Part shown: positions 1-10,228 of the stretch, one piece after another | Layout of the letters: every line of letters starts with the position of its first letter | Numbering within the stretch: position 1 is the first letter of the stretch | Source: a virus | IMG/VR virus record: IMGVR_UViG_3300042924_004713 | Location: 32,001 to 96,000 of that record | DNA: 64,000 nt | Strand: one strand, 5' to 3' | The notes under the pieces: model-generated | What the model saw: the letters and a program-made list of their open reading frames with translations, nothing else | Database searches by the model: none | Told to the model about the DNA's origin: nothing | Made by a program: the position numbers and the translations under genes

Positions 1-1334
1 GTTGTCCATTTCCCTGTACCTTTTGCGACTGGGGTAGTTTGACCTATGCCAAGATCAAGAAATTTCCCTTGGAAAAAGTTTTTGCAGAAATAGAGTGGTC
101 AGGACGTAACCAAATTGAGTTTATTAGTCTAGCTGATGCTAACTTTGGCGTGTTTCCTGAGCGTGATCAAGCCATTGCCGAATGTTTTATTGAAACCAAG
201 AAAAAATATGGGTATCCACAGCAGATCAGTTGTACATGGTACAAAAACTCCAATGAAGTAATTTTAAACATAGCCGAGGATCTTACACGTCATGGCCTAA
301 ACCGTGGACTCACACTAAGTGTACAAAGCATGCACGAGCCCACGCTCACTGCTATCAAACGCAAGAACATGAAGATCAATGATCAGAGTCTGCTGTTTCA
401 AGAATGCAATCGTAGACACATACCTTTTTATACCGAGCTGATTCTAGGCATGCCCGAAGAAACACTGGCCAGCTGGCGTCAAGGCCATTTGGATCTAATT
501 GAAATGGGCCAGCATGGTTGTGTGTACATGGCTCCCATTGAGCTGCTGCGCAACGCAGAAATGACCAAACAGATTGATCAGTACAAGATCAAAAGCACAG
601 TGATATCTGACTATTGGACCTGTGCTCGCAGCGGTATCAGCGAGTGCCAACACATAGCCACGGAAACCAATACCATGTCCACTGATGACATGATAGATGC
701 TACTATTTTTTCCTGGATGATAATTTCATTTCATCATCACGGCTGGACAGAGCTATATTCAAGATATCTACACAAGCGTGGCTGGAGCTACAAACAGATC
801 TACGATAATCTTGAAACATGGTTAATGAGCCACCCTTACTACAGCCAACAAATAGCAAAGTTTAGAAGCACAGTGAGTGATTTTTACCATCACAGTAGAA
901 GCATTGAATACTATGCTCTCTGGGAAGGCGTAAAAAACATGTATGTGGATAGACAACAACATCTTGACAACATAGCAGCATGGTTTCAAACTCTTTGTCA
1001 AGATGACTGCTGCGATGAAATAATTGAACTACAAAGGCATTGGATAATTGATCCATATGGAACCAGTAAGAACACAGTGGAACTGCCCAGTAACTTGATC
1101 TATTGGATATTAGATCTAGAACCCGTGGTAACCAAATCCCCCATACAGTGTGAATTTTCCACTAGCCAAACCGAGTCATGGGCTAACCTAGAGGAGTTCC
1201 TGAGTTTTGTTGTGCTACGCAGAAAAGAAAGTTTTGGCAAAGCCATTGTTAATATTTTGCCGCAACAAACACCAGCTGATTTTGAACTAAATATGGAATG
1301 TCCAATGACATTGTCAAACTTGTCTGTAAGCTAG
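1..1334 (+). CDS. Radical SAM protein (B12-binding/methylthiotransferase-like), 5' truncated by the window edge
   Basis: Frame is open from position 3, reading CPFPCTFCDWGS (CxxxCxxC); later ADANFG, SVQS and ELILGMPEET motifs. Confidence 0.85.
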   Translation, partial: CPFPCTFCDWGSLTYAKIKKFPLEKVFAEIEWSGRNQIEFISLADANFGVFPERDQAIAECFIETKKKYGYPQQISCTWYKNSNEVILNIAEDLTRHGLNRGLTLSVQSMHEPTLTAIKRKNMKINDQSLLFQECNRRHIPFYTELILGMPEETLASWRQGHLDLIEMGQHGCVYMAPIELLRNAEMTKQIDQYKIKSTVISDYWTCARSGISECQHIATETNTMSTDDMIDATIFSWMIISFHHHGWTELYSRYLHKRGWSYKQIYDNLETWLMSHPYYSQQIAKFRSTVSDFYHHSRSIEYYALWEGVKNMYVDRQQHLDNIAAWFQTLCQDDCCDEIIELQRHWIIDPYGTSKNTVELPSNLIYWILDLEPVVTKSPIQCEFSTSQTESWANLEEFLSFVVLRRKESFGKAIVNILPQQTPADFELNMECPMTLSNLSVS

Positions 1335-1585
1335 ATTGCCGCTGGGAAGGGCTTGCCCCAACCTATCGCGCCTGGGTCAACAATGAGCTGTTTACCGAAC
1401 GCACTTGGATTTGGACTGAAAACTATATTGAAGAAATATTTCAAGTCAAGGCCATACCCGGAAAATACCGTATTAGATTTGAGTTGGTACAGCCCTGTCT
1501 AGCGGACTTGATTTTTCTAGAAATGCGAGCATTGCACGGTCCAGTGCGTGTAAAAAGTGGTGGCATATTTTTGATTGATTCTTAA
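1298..1585 (+). CDS. Hypothetical protein
   Basis: 95-aa ORF with TAAATA immediately upstream. Confidence 0.6.
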   Translation: MSNDIVKLVCKLDCRWEGLAPTYRAWVNNELFTERTWIWTENYIEEIFQVKAIPGKYRIRFELVQPCLADLIFLEMRALHGPVRVKSGGIFLIDS

Positions 1586-1586
1586 C

Positions 1587-1763
1587 ATGAGAGCAAGAGA
1601 ATTCATAGGCGAAGATGTATCAACTACCAGCGCCAGTATTGCCCCGGTTGCACAGAGCCTGGGACACATGCCAATGATCAGTCGCATGGGCCGAGTGCCT
1701 ACTGTGCATAAATATCAGACTAGAAAACCTAAACGGACTAAAAATGCTGGCAGAATCGCTTAA
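1587..1763 (+). CDS. Small protein with MRAREFIGE N-terminus (possible internal head protein)
   Basis: ATG at 1587; short N-terminal peptide ending in E; basic C-terminus. Confidence 0.55.
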   Translation: MRAREFIGEDVSTTSASIAPVAQSLGHMPMISRMGRVPTVHKYQTRKPKRTKNAGRIA

Positions 1764-2187
1764 AACTATATTGGCTTCAAGCTACGCTTATGTGATCAAA
1801 GCGCAGTTTTTTCATTGGAACGTAGAAGGGCCTGACTTTGCTCAACTGCATGATTTCTTTGGCAAGATCTACGAAGAAGTCTATGACAATTCCATTGATC
1901 GCTGTGCTGAATTCATCAGAGTACTTGATGACTACGCTCCGGGTAGTTTTGAACGATTCGCGGAACTGTCTATTATATCTGGACAAATCAAAGTACCTCG
2001 TGCTCGACTCATGCTGGAAGAACTATTACAAGATACAAATAATATGTTGGCATTGTTAAACACTGCGTTTCAAGAAGCAGATGCAGATCAACAGCAAGGT
2101 ATTGCTGACTTTCTGGCCGAACGAATTGACGCCATGGGCAAACATCGTTGGATGTTGAGATCGTTTCTCAAGGAAGCACGAGCATGA
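1744..2187 (+). CDS. dps: Dps/ferritin-like DNA protection protein
   Basis: FHWNVEGPDFAQLHDFF and KHRWML motifs, 147 aa. Confidence 0.9.
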   Translation: MLAESLKTILASSYAYVIKAQFFHWNVEGPDFAQLHDFFGKIYEEVYDNSIDRCAEFIRVLDDYAPGSFERFAELSIISGQIKVPRARLMLEELLQDTNNMLALLNTAFQEADADQQQGIADFLAERIDAMGKHRWMLRSFLKEARA

Positions 2188-3065
2188 ACGATATCTACAC
2201 CATCCTAGCCAGACTGGAAGCCATACAAGAAGGCAGTACCACGCCAACTAAACTGTCAAAAGATCTCAACCCGCAACAAAAAGCAGTGCCTCAATTGCCT
2301 GCTCTGTTCAAGCCTAATAAGATTTCAGTTCTGGGTGCCAAAACTGATCCAGATCATCCCATGCGTGGTTACGCAGTGGGTGCAAGTGAAAGTGCTGAAA
2401 CCGAAGTAGAAGAAGACTGGCGCAGTGCCGCAGCAGCAGGTGCATTGGCCGCTGCTAACCTTCTGGGTACACCGGCTCAAGCAACAGAACCTGTGAAACC
2501 AATCACAGTAGCGCATGTGACCATAGATGGTGAAACACGCACATACAATCTTGGTGATAGATTTAAAAGTTCCAAAGAAGCAGAAAAGTTTATCAGCGAT
2601 GTACTAGATCGTCAAGGGCTGTCAGGTTACAGTCTTGACATCAAGACCGGCGTGCCAAAGAACACAGACAGCACAGCAATGAAAGAACAAATAATCGCAG
2701 CCGAAGACATGCTGGGCAAAATACGTCGTGACTTAGCAGATTACCTCCGCAGCGTAGAAGATGAACTAGTGGGACGAGATAGATCACTGATACGCAAGGC
2801 CAAGCAAGAACTCGCCAAACCTGACATTGAAAAGTTTCTACCAGTCAAAGTTATCAGCACCGACGATGGTAAAGAACTCAGAATACATGGCAACGAAGAC
2901 GATGGATTTAGAATCAGTGTGCATGAAAAAATGCTACCCACTGCATTTGAAAGCCTTGAAGAAGCCAGCATGGCCTGCGAAATGTACTGTGCTCGTAGGC
3001 GTGGCCAGCCCATGGAAGCCAATCCAGACTACGTGGATGAGCGCGACAGCACAGCAAAGCATTAG
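2184..3065 (+). CDS. Hypothetical protein (possible virion/core protein)
   Basis: ATG overlaps the dps stop; ~293 aa. Confidence 0.65.
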   Translation: MNDIYTILARLEAIQEGSTTPTKLSKDLNPQQKAVPQLPALFKPNKISVLGAKTDPDHPMRGYAVGASESAETEVEEDWRSAAAAGALAAANLLGTPAQATEPVKPITVAHVTIDGETRTYNLGDRFKSSKEAEKFISDVLDRQGLSGYSLDIKTGVPKNTDSTAMKEQIIAAEDMLGKIRRDLADYLRSVEDELVGRDRSLIRKAKQELAKPDIEKFLPVKVISTDDGKELRIHGNEDDGFRISVHEKMLPTAFESLEEASMACEMYCARRRGQPMEANPDYVDERDSTAKH

Positions 3066-3067
3066 AT

Positions 3068-3150
3068 GACCACCTTAGGACCGTAAGTGTTGGTCGTAGG
3101 CGGCTGCTGCCTGTGAACTAGAACCGCTACCTCTCGTTCCAAAGTGAGCT
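3068..3150 (+). ncRNA. Candidate compact structured RNA
   Basis: GC-rich intergenic segment with three hairpins (GACCA/TGGTC, AGGC/GCCT, GAAC/GTTC). Confidence 0.4.
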
Positions 3151-3168
3151 TTTATAATAACAATAATA

Positions 3169-3372
3169 ATGATCTACACCAGATGGATCGACGACGAAGA
3201 ATGGTACCATGTGTGCAATGATCATGGCGACTGTTTGATCCACACACGCAACCGACAACTGGCCTATTTTGTAGAACAACACAGTCGTGGTCTACCCCGT
3301 GGTTTATATCTGAGCATTGGCGGAGATCGACGTAGAGATAAAAAGCGTCCGTTGTTTAGGCGTCAACGCTGA
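3169..3372 (+). CDS. Hypothetical protein
   Basis: 67-aa ORF. Confidence 0.5.
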   Translation: MIYTRWIDDEEWYHVCNDHGDCLIHTRNRQLAYFVEQHSRGLPRGLYLSIGGDRRRDKKRPLFRRQR

Positions 3373-4109
3373 CGCTGCCAAACATACCTTGCACCACGAT
3401 TTAGCGTTTGATCCTGAGTTTCACCAATGAATCCTTGATAGGCTGACATCACAGGCGTTTGTCCTAGAGCTTCGCTGATCATGGGCACAACACTGAGATG
3501 ATCTATACGAATGTCCATGCACAGCCTGCCTCCAATTCGCAAACTTTGCAACACCTGTGGCCAGTACATTTCAAACGGTAGATGCCAACACCAGCACCAT
3601 GTGCTGATCACAAGATCTAGATCCTGTGGCCAAGGGCTATCTGGTGGTTGGAGCACGAAACGCTGCCTAGCCAACTGGTTCGCTGTTAACAATTCTTCAA
3701 CCACGGGCCAAGAATTATAATAGGGATGATCTGATCCATGTCTGACATAGTATGCAGGATCATAGGTAAAGTCGTTTTGATCAACCAGCCAAAATCTAGA
3801 TTCTGGAAGTATCTTGGCAGCTATGATGTCCAGTATGCCTAATCCAGAACCAAGGTCCAATATCCTAGCATCAGCAGCTAGATCAAACGCACCTAGACGT
3901 TCGCATCTTTGCCAGTGCCATGTATAATATTCTGACAGTTTACCGGAAAGATCAGGAGCTGCACTGTTGATAAAATTACCGGTTTGAATTTTAACTAGAT
4001 TCTCACAGAGAGGATCTATAGGAAACTGTAGATCAACATTTTGGAATTTAGTTACAACAGAAAAATCTATCTGTGGAAATGTGGGTTTGAAAGTCAAAAC
4101 AGTTGACAC
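3363..4109 (-). CDS. Class I SAM-dependent methyltransferase
   Basis: ILDLGSGLG motif I; DLVIS; LRIGGRL. Confidence 0.8.
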   Translation of the reverse strand: MSTVLTFKPTFPQIDFSVVTKFQNVDLQFPIDPLCENLVKIQTGNFINSAAPDLSGKLSEYYTWHWQRCERLGAFDLAADARILDLGSGLGILDIIAAKILPESRFWLVDQNDFTYDPAYYVRHGSDHPYYNSWPVVEELLTANQLARQRFVLQPPDSPWPQDLDLVISTWCWCWHLPFEMYWPQVLQSLRIGGRLCMDIRIDHLSVVPMISEALGQTPVMSAYQGFIGETQDQTLNRGARYVWQRQR

Positions 4110-4131
4110 CTATTGAAGTAGAAGCTAAAAT
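4103..4131 (+). promoter_or_regulatory. Sigma70-type promoter
   Basis: TTGACA-N17-TAAAAT. Confidence 0.7.
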
Positions 4132-4149
4132 ACTTATCTAGGAGGATTT

Positions 4150-4407
4150 ATGAACCGAACATTCAGTGCAGAACAAAAAGCCAAACTCACGCAATTGATC
4201 AACGAAGGCATGCAGGTCATGCACGAAGTTGAAACACTCAATGGTGGTTTGAGCGACACTATCAAGGCAGTTGCAGAAGAATTGGAAATCAAACCCAATG
4301 TTTTGAAAAAAGCCATTAGACTCGCTCACAAAGCTGAATTTGGCAAAGAACAGCAGGATCATGCACTACTAGAAGAGATTCTTACCACAGTAGGCAAGAC
4401 TTTGTGA
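4150..4407 (+). CDS. Small dsDNA-binding protein (T4 DsbA/GapR-like)
   Basis: 85-aa helical protein with IKAVAEELEIKPNVLKKAIRL; strong AGGAGG SD. Confidence 0.6.
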   Translation: MNRTFSAEQKAKLTQLINEGMQVMHEVETLNGGLSDTIKAVAEELEIKPNVLKKAIRLAHKAEFGKEQQDHALLEEILTTVGKTL

Positions 4408-5450
4408 CCCGTAGAATCATTTTATTTGATTCAAAAAACTATCAAAACCAGGTCTGTCTAAGTCCGTTTGTCAGTGTTGAAATAGATGTACAAGGTAATG
4501 TGCGAATGTGTGGCTGTCAGGCCTGGATGCCCACCATCGTAGGAAATCTGTTTGAACAGAGTTTGCCAGAGATGTTGTCGTCGCCTTTGGCTCGTGCTAT
4601 TAGAACCAGTATAGCCGATGGAACCTATAGATACTGCAATGAAAAAACCTGTGGTATTATTGCCAGTGGAGCACTGAACAGTGTTCACACAGTTCCACCA
4701 GAAGTCGCACTGCAACTCAAAGACAACACCAGATGGAGCTTGCCACATGAAATTTTCTTGGCAGGTGACTTGACCTGTAATCTAAGCTGTCCAAGCTGTA
4801 GGAACAGTGTGATCACAGTGCCTGATCACGAAGTAGAGCAACAGATGCGGCTTGGTGAAATTCTCAGAGCTAATCTTTTTCCTGAACCCACTGATCAGTC
4901 AATAAAAATACATGTCAGCACCAGTGGTGAGGTGTTTGCAAGCCCAAGACTACTGTCTTTTATCAACAGCCTGGATGTTGATCAGTTTCCTAATCTTAGA
5001 CTACATCTGCAGACCAATGGACTACTGATGCCTGCAAGATGGCATCGTTTGGGCAACATGGCTCAACGAGTTGACAAGGTCACAGTCACAGTTGATGCTG
5101 CCCAAGCTAATACATATGAGCTCCTAAGACGCGGCGGTCGTTGGGCCGACATTGTCAAAGCTCTGGAGTGGAGTTCAGATCACTGTGTGGCCAACAACAT
5201 TGACCTGCATCTTCGTATGGTGGTTCAACGTGACAATTGGCAGCAGATGCAAGAGTTCTATGACATGGCCATGCTATATAAAGCAACCCTGGTTGAGTTT
5301 ACTCGCATCAGCAACTGGGGGACTTTTGATGCTGTGGCCTTTGCTGAGGTTGACGTTTTTGATCCACAACATGATCAATATGTTCCAGCACAAAACCTGC
5401 TACAACAAATAAGAATTTTGCCAAATGTGTTTGTTTCTGGCGGATTATAA
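4404..5450 (+). CDS. Radical SAM protein with SPASM/Twitch-like Cys cluster
   Basis: CNLSCPSC motif; N-terminal C..GNVRMC..C region; GEVF and QTNG. Confidence 0.85.
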   Translation: MTRRIILFDSKNYQNQVCLSPFVSVEIDVQGNVRMCGCQAWMPTIVGNLFEQSLPEMLSSPLARAIRTSIADGTYRYCNEKTCGIIASGALNSVHTVPPEVALQLKDNTRWSLPHEIFLAGDLTCNLSCPSCRNSVITVPDHEVEQQMRLGEILRANLFPEPTDQSIKIHVSTSGEVFASPRLLSFINSLDVDQFPNLRLHLQTNGLLMPARWHRLGNMAQRVDKVTVTVDAAQANTYELLRRGGRWADIVKALEWSSDHCVANNIDLHLRMVVQRDNWQQMQEFYDMAMLYKATLVEFTRISNWGTFDAVAFAEVDVFDPQHDQYVPAQNLLQQIRILPNVFVSGGL

Positions 5451-5459
5451 GATTGTTTG

Positions 5460-5488
5460 TTGACATTCTTTGCTTTTTTATATACAAT
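5460..5488 (+). promoter_or_regulatory. Sigma70-type promoter; predicts a leaderless polymerase mRNA
   Basis: TTGACA-N17-TACAAT, ATG 6 nt after the -10 box, no SD. Confidence 0.7.
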
Positions 5489-5494
5489 AACTAG

Positions 5495-8161
5495 ATGAGT
5501 TATGTTGACGCCCTTTTTGATCGTGACCACGATCGCATACATGTAGTAGAACGCAGAAACGGCGAACGCCGTTATCAAGAATATCCTGCCAACTATGTTT
5601 TCTATTATGATGATCCTCGCGGTAAGTTTCAGAGCATATATGGAACTCCCGTGTCTAGATTCTCTACACGGAGTAACAAGGAGTTTCGTAAGGAACTGCG
5701 TATTCAAAGTGGAAAACAATGTTATGAGTCGGACATCAATCCGGTATTTCGTTGTCTAGAGGACAACTACAAAGGCCAGGATGCACCCAAACTCAACGCA
5801 GCATTTTTTGACATTGAAGTAGACTTTGATCCTGAACGTGGTTACAGCAGACCCGACGATCCTTTCAACGCAATCACAGCCATCTCGGTATATCTTGGTT
5901 GGTTGGATCAACTAGTGACCATGGCAGTGCCACCGCGCAGTGTGAGCATGGAGACTGCACAGGATCTTGTGAAAGATTTCCCCAACACTTTTTTGTTTGG
6001 CACAGAAGCAGAGATGTTGGCTATGTTTTTGGATCTCATAGACGATGCTGACGTGCTGTCGGGTTGGAACTCAGAAGGCTATGATATTCCCTACACAGTT
6101 CAACGTATCACTAGAGTTCTCAGCAAAGATGACACACGCAAATTCTGTTTATGGGGACAGTTTCCAAAACAACGAACGTTTGAACGCTTTGGTGCAGAAG
6201 CCCTGACATTTGACCTTGTGGGTCGAGTGCATATGGACTATATGCAACTTTATAGGAAATACACTTATGAAGAACGTCACAGCTACAGCCTTGATTCAAT
6301 CCTTGAATACGAAGAACTTGAGGGCAAGACCAAATACGAAGGTACGTTGGATCAACTCTACAATCAAGACTTCCGCAAGTTCATCGAGTATAACAGACAA
6401 GACGTTAATGGACTGGCCTCGCTCGACAAAAAGCTCAAGTTCTTGGATCTAGCCAACACACTAGCACATGAAAACACAGTGCTGCTGCCTACCACAATGG
6501 GTGCAGTGGCTGTGACAGAACAGGCTATTATTAACGAAGCCCACGAACGTGGTATGGTTGTGCCCAACAGACAGGAGAGACACAGTGATGACGACACACA
6601 AGCGGCAGGTGCCTATGTTGCTTATCCCAAAAAAGGGCTCCACGAATGGATTGGCTCCATTGACATCAACAGCCTCTATCCCTCAGCGATCCGCGCTCTT
6701 AACATGGCACCGGAGACCATTGTTGGCCAACTCCGGCCGCACATGACCAATCGGTATATACAAGAAAGGCAACAGCAAGGCATGAGCTTTGCTGCTTCAT
6801 GGGAAGGATTGTTTGGCACACTAGAATATACCGCTGTTATGGAACAACAGCGGGGCACTGAAATCATTATTGATTGGCAATCAGGCGAAGAGTCAGTTCA
6901 CAGTGCAGCAGAAGTATGGCGCATGATTTTTGACAGTCGTCAACCTTGGATGCTCAGTGCCAATGGTACTATTTTTACTTACGAACGCGAAGGCGTGGTT
7001 CCTGGCTTGCTGAAACGTTGGTATGCTGAACGTAAGGACATGCAGAAAAAAGCCAGAGAATACGAAGGAGTAGATGATGCACAATTTGAATACTGGGACA
7101 AACGCCAACTCGTCAAGAAGATTAATCTTAATAGTTTGTATGGCGCTATTCTTAACCCCGGTTGTAGGTTTTTTGATAAGCGCATTGGTCAGTCTACTAC
7201 TCTTACTGGACGGGCGATTGCGAAGCACATGGACGCACACGTCAACGAATGCCTCACAGGACGATACGACCACGTCGGAGAAACCATAATCTATGGCGAC
7301 ACAGACTCATGTTACTTTTCTGCTTGGCCTGTGCTCAAGAAAGAAGTAGAGTCTGGGCGAATGGAATGGAACAGCGATATCTGTATTCAACTCTACAATG
7401 GCATTGCAGATCAAGTCAACGAAAGCTTCCCTGCTTTCATGGAAACAGCTTTTCATGTGCCAAGAGAAATGGGTTCAGTGATACGCGGCGGGCGTGAACT
7501 TGTGGCCACCAAGGGTCTGTTTATCACCAAGAAACGCTATGCTGTGATGTACATAGACAAAGAAAACAAACGTGTTGACATCAACGGCAAGCCGGGCAAG
7601 GTCAAGGCCATGGGGCTTGATCTCAAACGTTCAGACACTCCCAAGGTAATTCAAGACTTCTTGAGTGAAGTTCTCAATGATGTGCTACAAGGCGCCAATC
7701 GTGAACAGATAGTGGAAAAGATACGTCAGTTTAAATTTGATTTTAAAGAGCGCCCAGGTTGGGAAAAAGGTTCACCCAAGCGTGTGAACAACTTGACCAA
7801 GTTTGTGAAAGCCGAAGAACGCGAAGGTAGAGCCAATATGCCAGGACATGTACGTGCTGCCATGAACTGGAATGTTATGCGTAAAATGATGGGCGATAAC
7901 TATTCAATGCAGATCATGGATGGCGCCAAGGTAATTGTTTGTAAACTCAAAAACAATCCATTGAACTGGACATCAATTGCCTATCCCACAGATGAGCTGC
8001 ACTTGCCTCAATGGTTTAGAGAACTGCCATTCGATGACAATGGCATGGAATCAACTGTGATTGATGGCAAAGTAGATAATCTACTGGGTGTGTTGGACTG
8101 GGATCTGGAAGGCTCAACCAATACTACCAACACTTTTCAAAGTCTATTTGATTTTTCATGA
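5495..8161 (+). CDS. Family B DNA polymerase (gp43-like)
   Basis: Exonuclease FFDIEV and GWNSEGYD; polymerase DINSLYPS, KINLNSLYG, YGDTDS, KKRY. Confidence 0.97.
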   Translation: MSYVDALFDRDHDRIHVVERRNGERRYQEYPANYVFYYDDPRGKFQSIYGTPVSRFSTRSNKEFRKELRIQSGKQCYESDINPVFRCLEDNYKGQDAPKLNAAFFDIEVDFDPERGYSRPDDPFNAITAISVYLGWLDQLVTMAVPPRSVSMETAQDLVKDFPNTFLFGTEAEMLAMFLDLIDDADVLSGWNSEGYDIPYTVQRITRVLSKDDTRKFCLWGQFPKQRTFERFGAEALTFDLVGRVHMDYMQLYRKYTYEERHSYSLDSILEYEELEGKTKYEGTLDQLYNQDFRKFIEYNRQDVNGLASLDKKLKFLDLANTLAHENTVLLPTTMGAVAVTEQAIINEAHERGMVVPNRQERHSDDDTQAAGAYVAYPKKGLHEWIGSIDINSLYPSAIRALNMAPETIVGQLRPHMTNRYIQERQQQGMSFAASWEGLFGTLEYTAVMEQQRGTEIIIDWQSGEESVHSAAEVWRMIFDSRQPWMLSANGTIFTYEREGVVPGLLKRWYAERKDMQKKAREYEGVDDAQFEYWDKRQLVKKINLNSLYGAILNPGCRFFDKRIGQSTTLTGRAIAKHMDAHVNECLTGRYDHVGETIIYGDTDSCYFSAWPVLKKEVESGRMEWNSDICIQLYNGIADQVNESFPAFMETAFHVPREMGSVIRGGRELVATKGLFITKKRYAVMYIDKENKRVDINGKPGKVKAMGLDLKRSDTPKVIQDFLSEVLNDVLQGANREQIVEKIRQFKFDFKERPGWEKGSPKRVNNLTKFVKAEEREGRANMPGHVRAAMNWNVMRKMMGDNYSMQIMDGAKVIVCKLKNNPLNWTSIAYPTDELHLPQWFRELPFDDNGMESTVIDGKVDNLLGVLDWDLEGSTNTTNTFQSLFDFS

Positions 8162-9102
8162 AACTAAGTGATTTGGTTCACTACAGAAACATACTACTGG
8201 CCAATCGCAGCCAGGAATGGCGCTGGCCTTTGCAAAACTATCTTGATCTGCAACAACGCAGTATGAGACAAAATGTTGATACCCGTAATAAGTTTGAAAC
8301 ACAATTGGAACACAACATTGGTCAAGTGGCCACGGCACTGGGAAATCTAGAAGACTGTATCACTGACATCATTGCCAATGTAAACAAGATGATATCAGAA
8401 ATAGAACCACAGTACTTTGCTAAAAGCTACAATTGGTATCAACAAGAATCCAGTTTTGAAACAGTGGATTACATATTGAATCGTAGACTACGGGTGCCTG
8501 CGGAAGACTTTGAACCTTTGCAATATCGTGTTAAAAATCTTACCGACTGGCGTTATCCATTGCTGTGCATACGCCCCGGACGTGAAGATCATATACGCTG
8601 GTTGGTGCCAGCGCATCCGTTGTATATTGCAGATACCGAACATGAACTGTTAAAACCTGCCATTGAACTGTTCAATCCTAAATATCAAAGACATCTACGT
8701 CCTTATAAGATTCGCGAGGATCACAGTCAGATGTTTGACTTTATTCCAGACGAACAGTTGGGGTTGATCTATTCCTATTACTTTTTTAATTTTAGACCGT
8801 TTGAAGTAATCAAACGATATCTGTCTGAACTGTATCACAAACTCAGACCAGGTGGATCAATCATCTTTACCTTTAACAACTGCGACTACTCAGGCGGTGT
8901 GCGTTTAACTGAAAATCAGTTTTGTTGTTACACTCCTGGTAAGATGTTGCAACGCTTGGTTGAAAGTCTGGGTTTTATCCACATGGAAACCTGCAACACC
9001 GACAACGGACTATACTGGATGCACCTACAACGTCCGGGCAATCTTGAAACTTTACGTGCTGGGCAGAACCTTGCAAAAATCATTCCTAAAACAGTTGAAT
9101 GA
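8158..9102 (+). CDS. Methyltransferase-fold protein
   Basis: C-terminal LYHKLRPGGSIIFTF; coiled-coil N-terminus. Confidence 0.5.
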   Translation: MKLSDLVHYRNILLANRSQEWRWPLQNYLDLQQRSMRQNVDTRNKFETQLEHNIGQVATALGNLEDCITDIIANVNKMISEIEPQYFAKSYNWYQQESSFETVDYILNRRLRVPAEDFEPLQYRVKNLTDWRYPLLCIRPGREDHIRWLVPAHPLYIADTEHELLKPAIELFNPKYQRHLRPYKIREDHSQMFDFIPDEQLGLIYSYYFFNFRPFEVIKRYLSELYHKLRPGGSIIFTFNNCDYSGGVRLTENQFCCYTPGKMLQRLVESLGFIHMETCNTDNGLYWMHLQRPGNLETLRAGQNLAKIIPKTVE

Positions 9103-9140
9103 TCTAAATATCTCTGTTATCATATACAAAAGGAGAACAC

Positions 9141-9863
9141 ATGAGAGACCAATTACTTGATCTAGTTGAACACACCTATGACCTTGGCTGCATTGATCTA
9201 ATCAAGATCGATGGCACGGACAAAGAAACCACAATTTTTGGCTACGCCGAAAACAAAAACGTAGTACTAGAAGGCAAATTTCATACACCAGTGGCCGAAT
9301 TCATTGGACACTTTGGTATGCCCAATCTCAGCAAGTTGAAAATTCTGCTGAACTTGCCTGAGTATCGAGAAAACGCCAAGCTCAGTATCACCAAGAAAAC
9401 CAACGGTGATCCTGATGGCGTATACTTTGAAAATCAAACAGGTGACTTTCACAACACCTATAGATTCATGTCAGCTGACATCGTGAGTCAACAAGTGAAA
9501 GATGTCAAGTTCAAAGGAGTGAACTGGGACGTGGAGTTTGAACCCACTGTGGCGTCAATTCAAAGACTTCGCATGCAGGCACAGGCCAACTCAGATGAAC
9601 CTTTGTTGCAGGTACAGGTTGACAAACAGAATCTCAAGTTCTTGTTTGGTGATCACAGCACACATGCTGGCAACTTTGTGTTTCATGCAGGAGTATCCGG
9701 TGTTCTAAAACGTCCATGGGCATATCCAGTGGCAGTGGTACAATCAATTTTGAATCTCAATGGTGACAAGAAAGTTCGTTTTTCAGATGGTGGAGCTGCT
9801 GAAATCGTGGTTGATTCTGGATTGGCTACCTACAGCTACATTATGCCCGCACATCAGAAATGA
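9141..9863 (+). CDS. Sliding clamp (gp45-like)
   Basis: 240 aa near the polymerase; two-domain beta-rich pattern ending YSYIMPA. Confidence 0.65.
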   Translation: MRDQLLDLVEHTYDLGCIDLIKIDGTDKETTIFGYAENKNVVLEGKFHTPVAEFIGHFGMPNLSKLKILLNLPEYRENAKLSITKKTNGDPDGVYFENQTGDFHNTYRFMSADIVSQQVKDVKFKGVNWDVEFEPTVASIQRLRMQAQANSDEPLLQVQVDKQNLKFLFGDHSTHAGNFVFHAGVSGVLKRPWAYPVAVVQSILNLNGDKKVRFSDGGAAEIVVDSGLATYSYIMPAHQK

Positions 9864-10228
9864 TAAAAACTATTTCGTCTTCTAGCGCCTTTGTTCAAGT
9901 CACTGGTGGTTTTCCATCAAGCGGACCATACCTACAGACTCCCGCAGTGGCAGGACCTCCTCCTGCTGTTGGAGCTGTGAAATTTGATTCTGCCTCACAA
10001 AACCTACAGGTATGGGATGGCTTCAACTGGTTGAATATGTACACTAGTCATGCCATGGTTGGTTTAAACCCAGCCGCTGAAGACGCAATTAAGTGGGCTC
10101 AACAAAAACAAAAAGAAGAACAAGAACTTGAAGAACTTATGCAACGATCTCCTGCGCTGCGTGATGCCTATGAAAAATTCCAAATAGTAAAGACACTAGC
10201 CACTAATGAAAACAGACAACCAGCATGA
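9860..10228 (+). CDS. Hypothetical protein
   Basis: 122-aa translationally coupled ORF. Confidence 0.6.
   Translation: MIKTISSSSAFVQVTGGFPSSGPYLQTPAVAGPPPAVGAVKFDSASQNLQVWDGFNWLNMYTSHAMVGLNPAAEDAIKWAQQKQKEEQELEELMQRSPALRDAYEKFQIVKTLATNENRQPA

Noticed and set aside
5495-8161. Intein or intron in the DNA polymerase
   Set aside because: The ORF is continuous at 888 aa with normal motif spacing.
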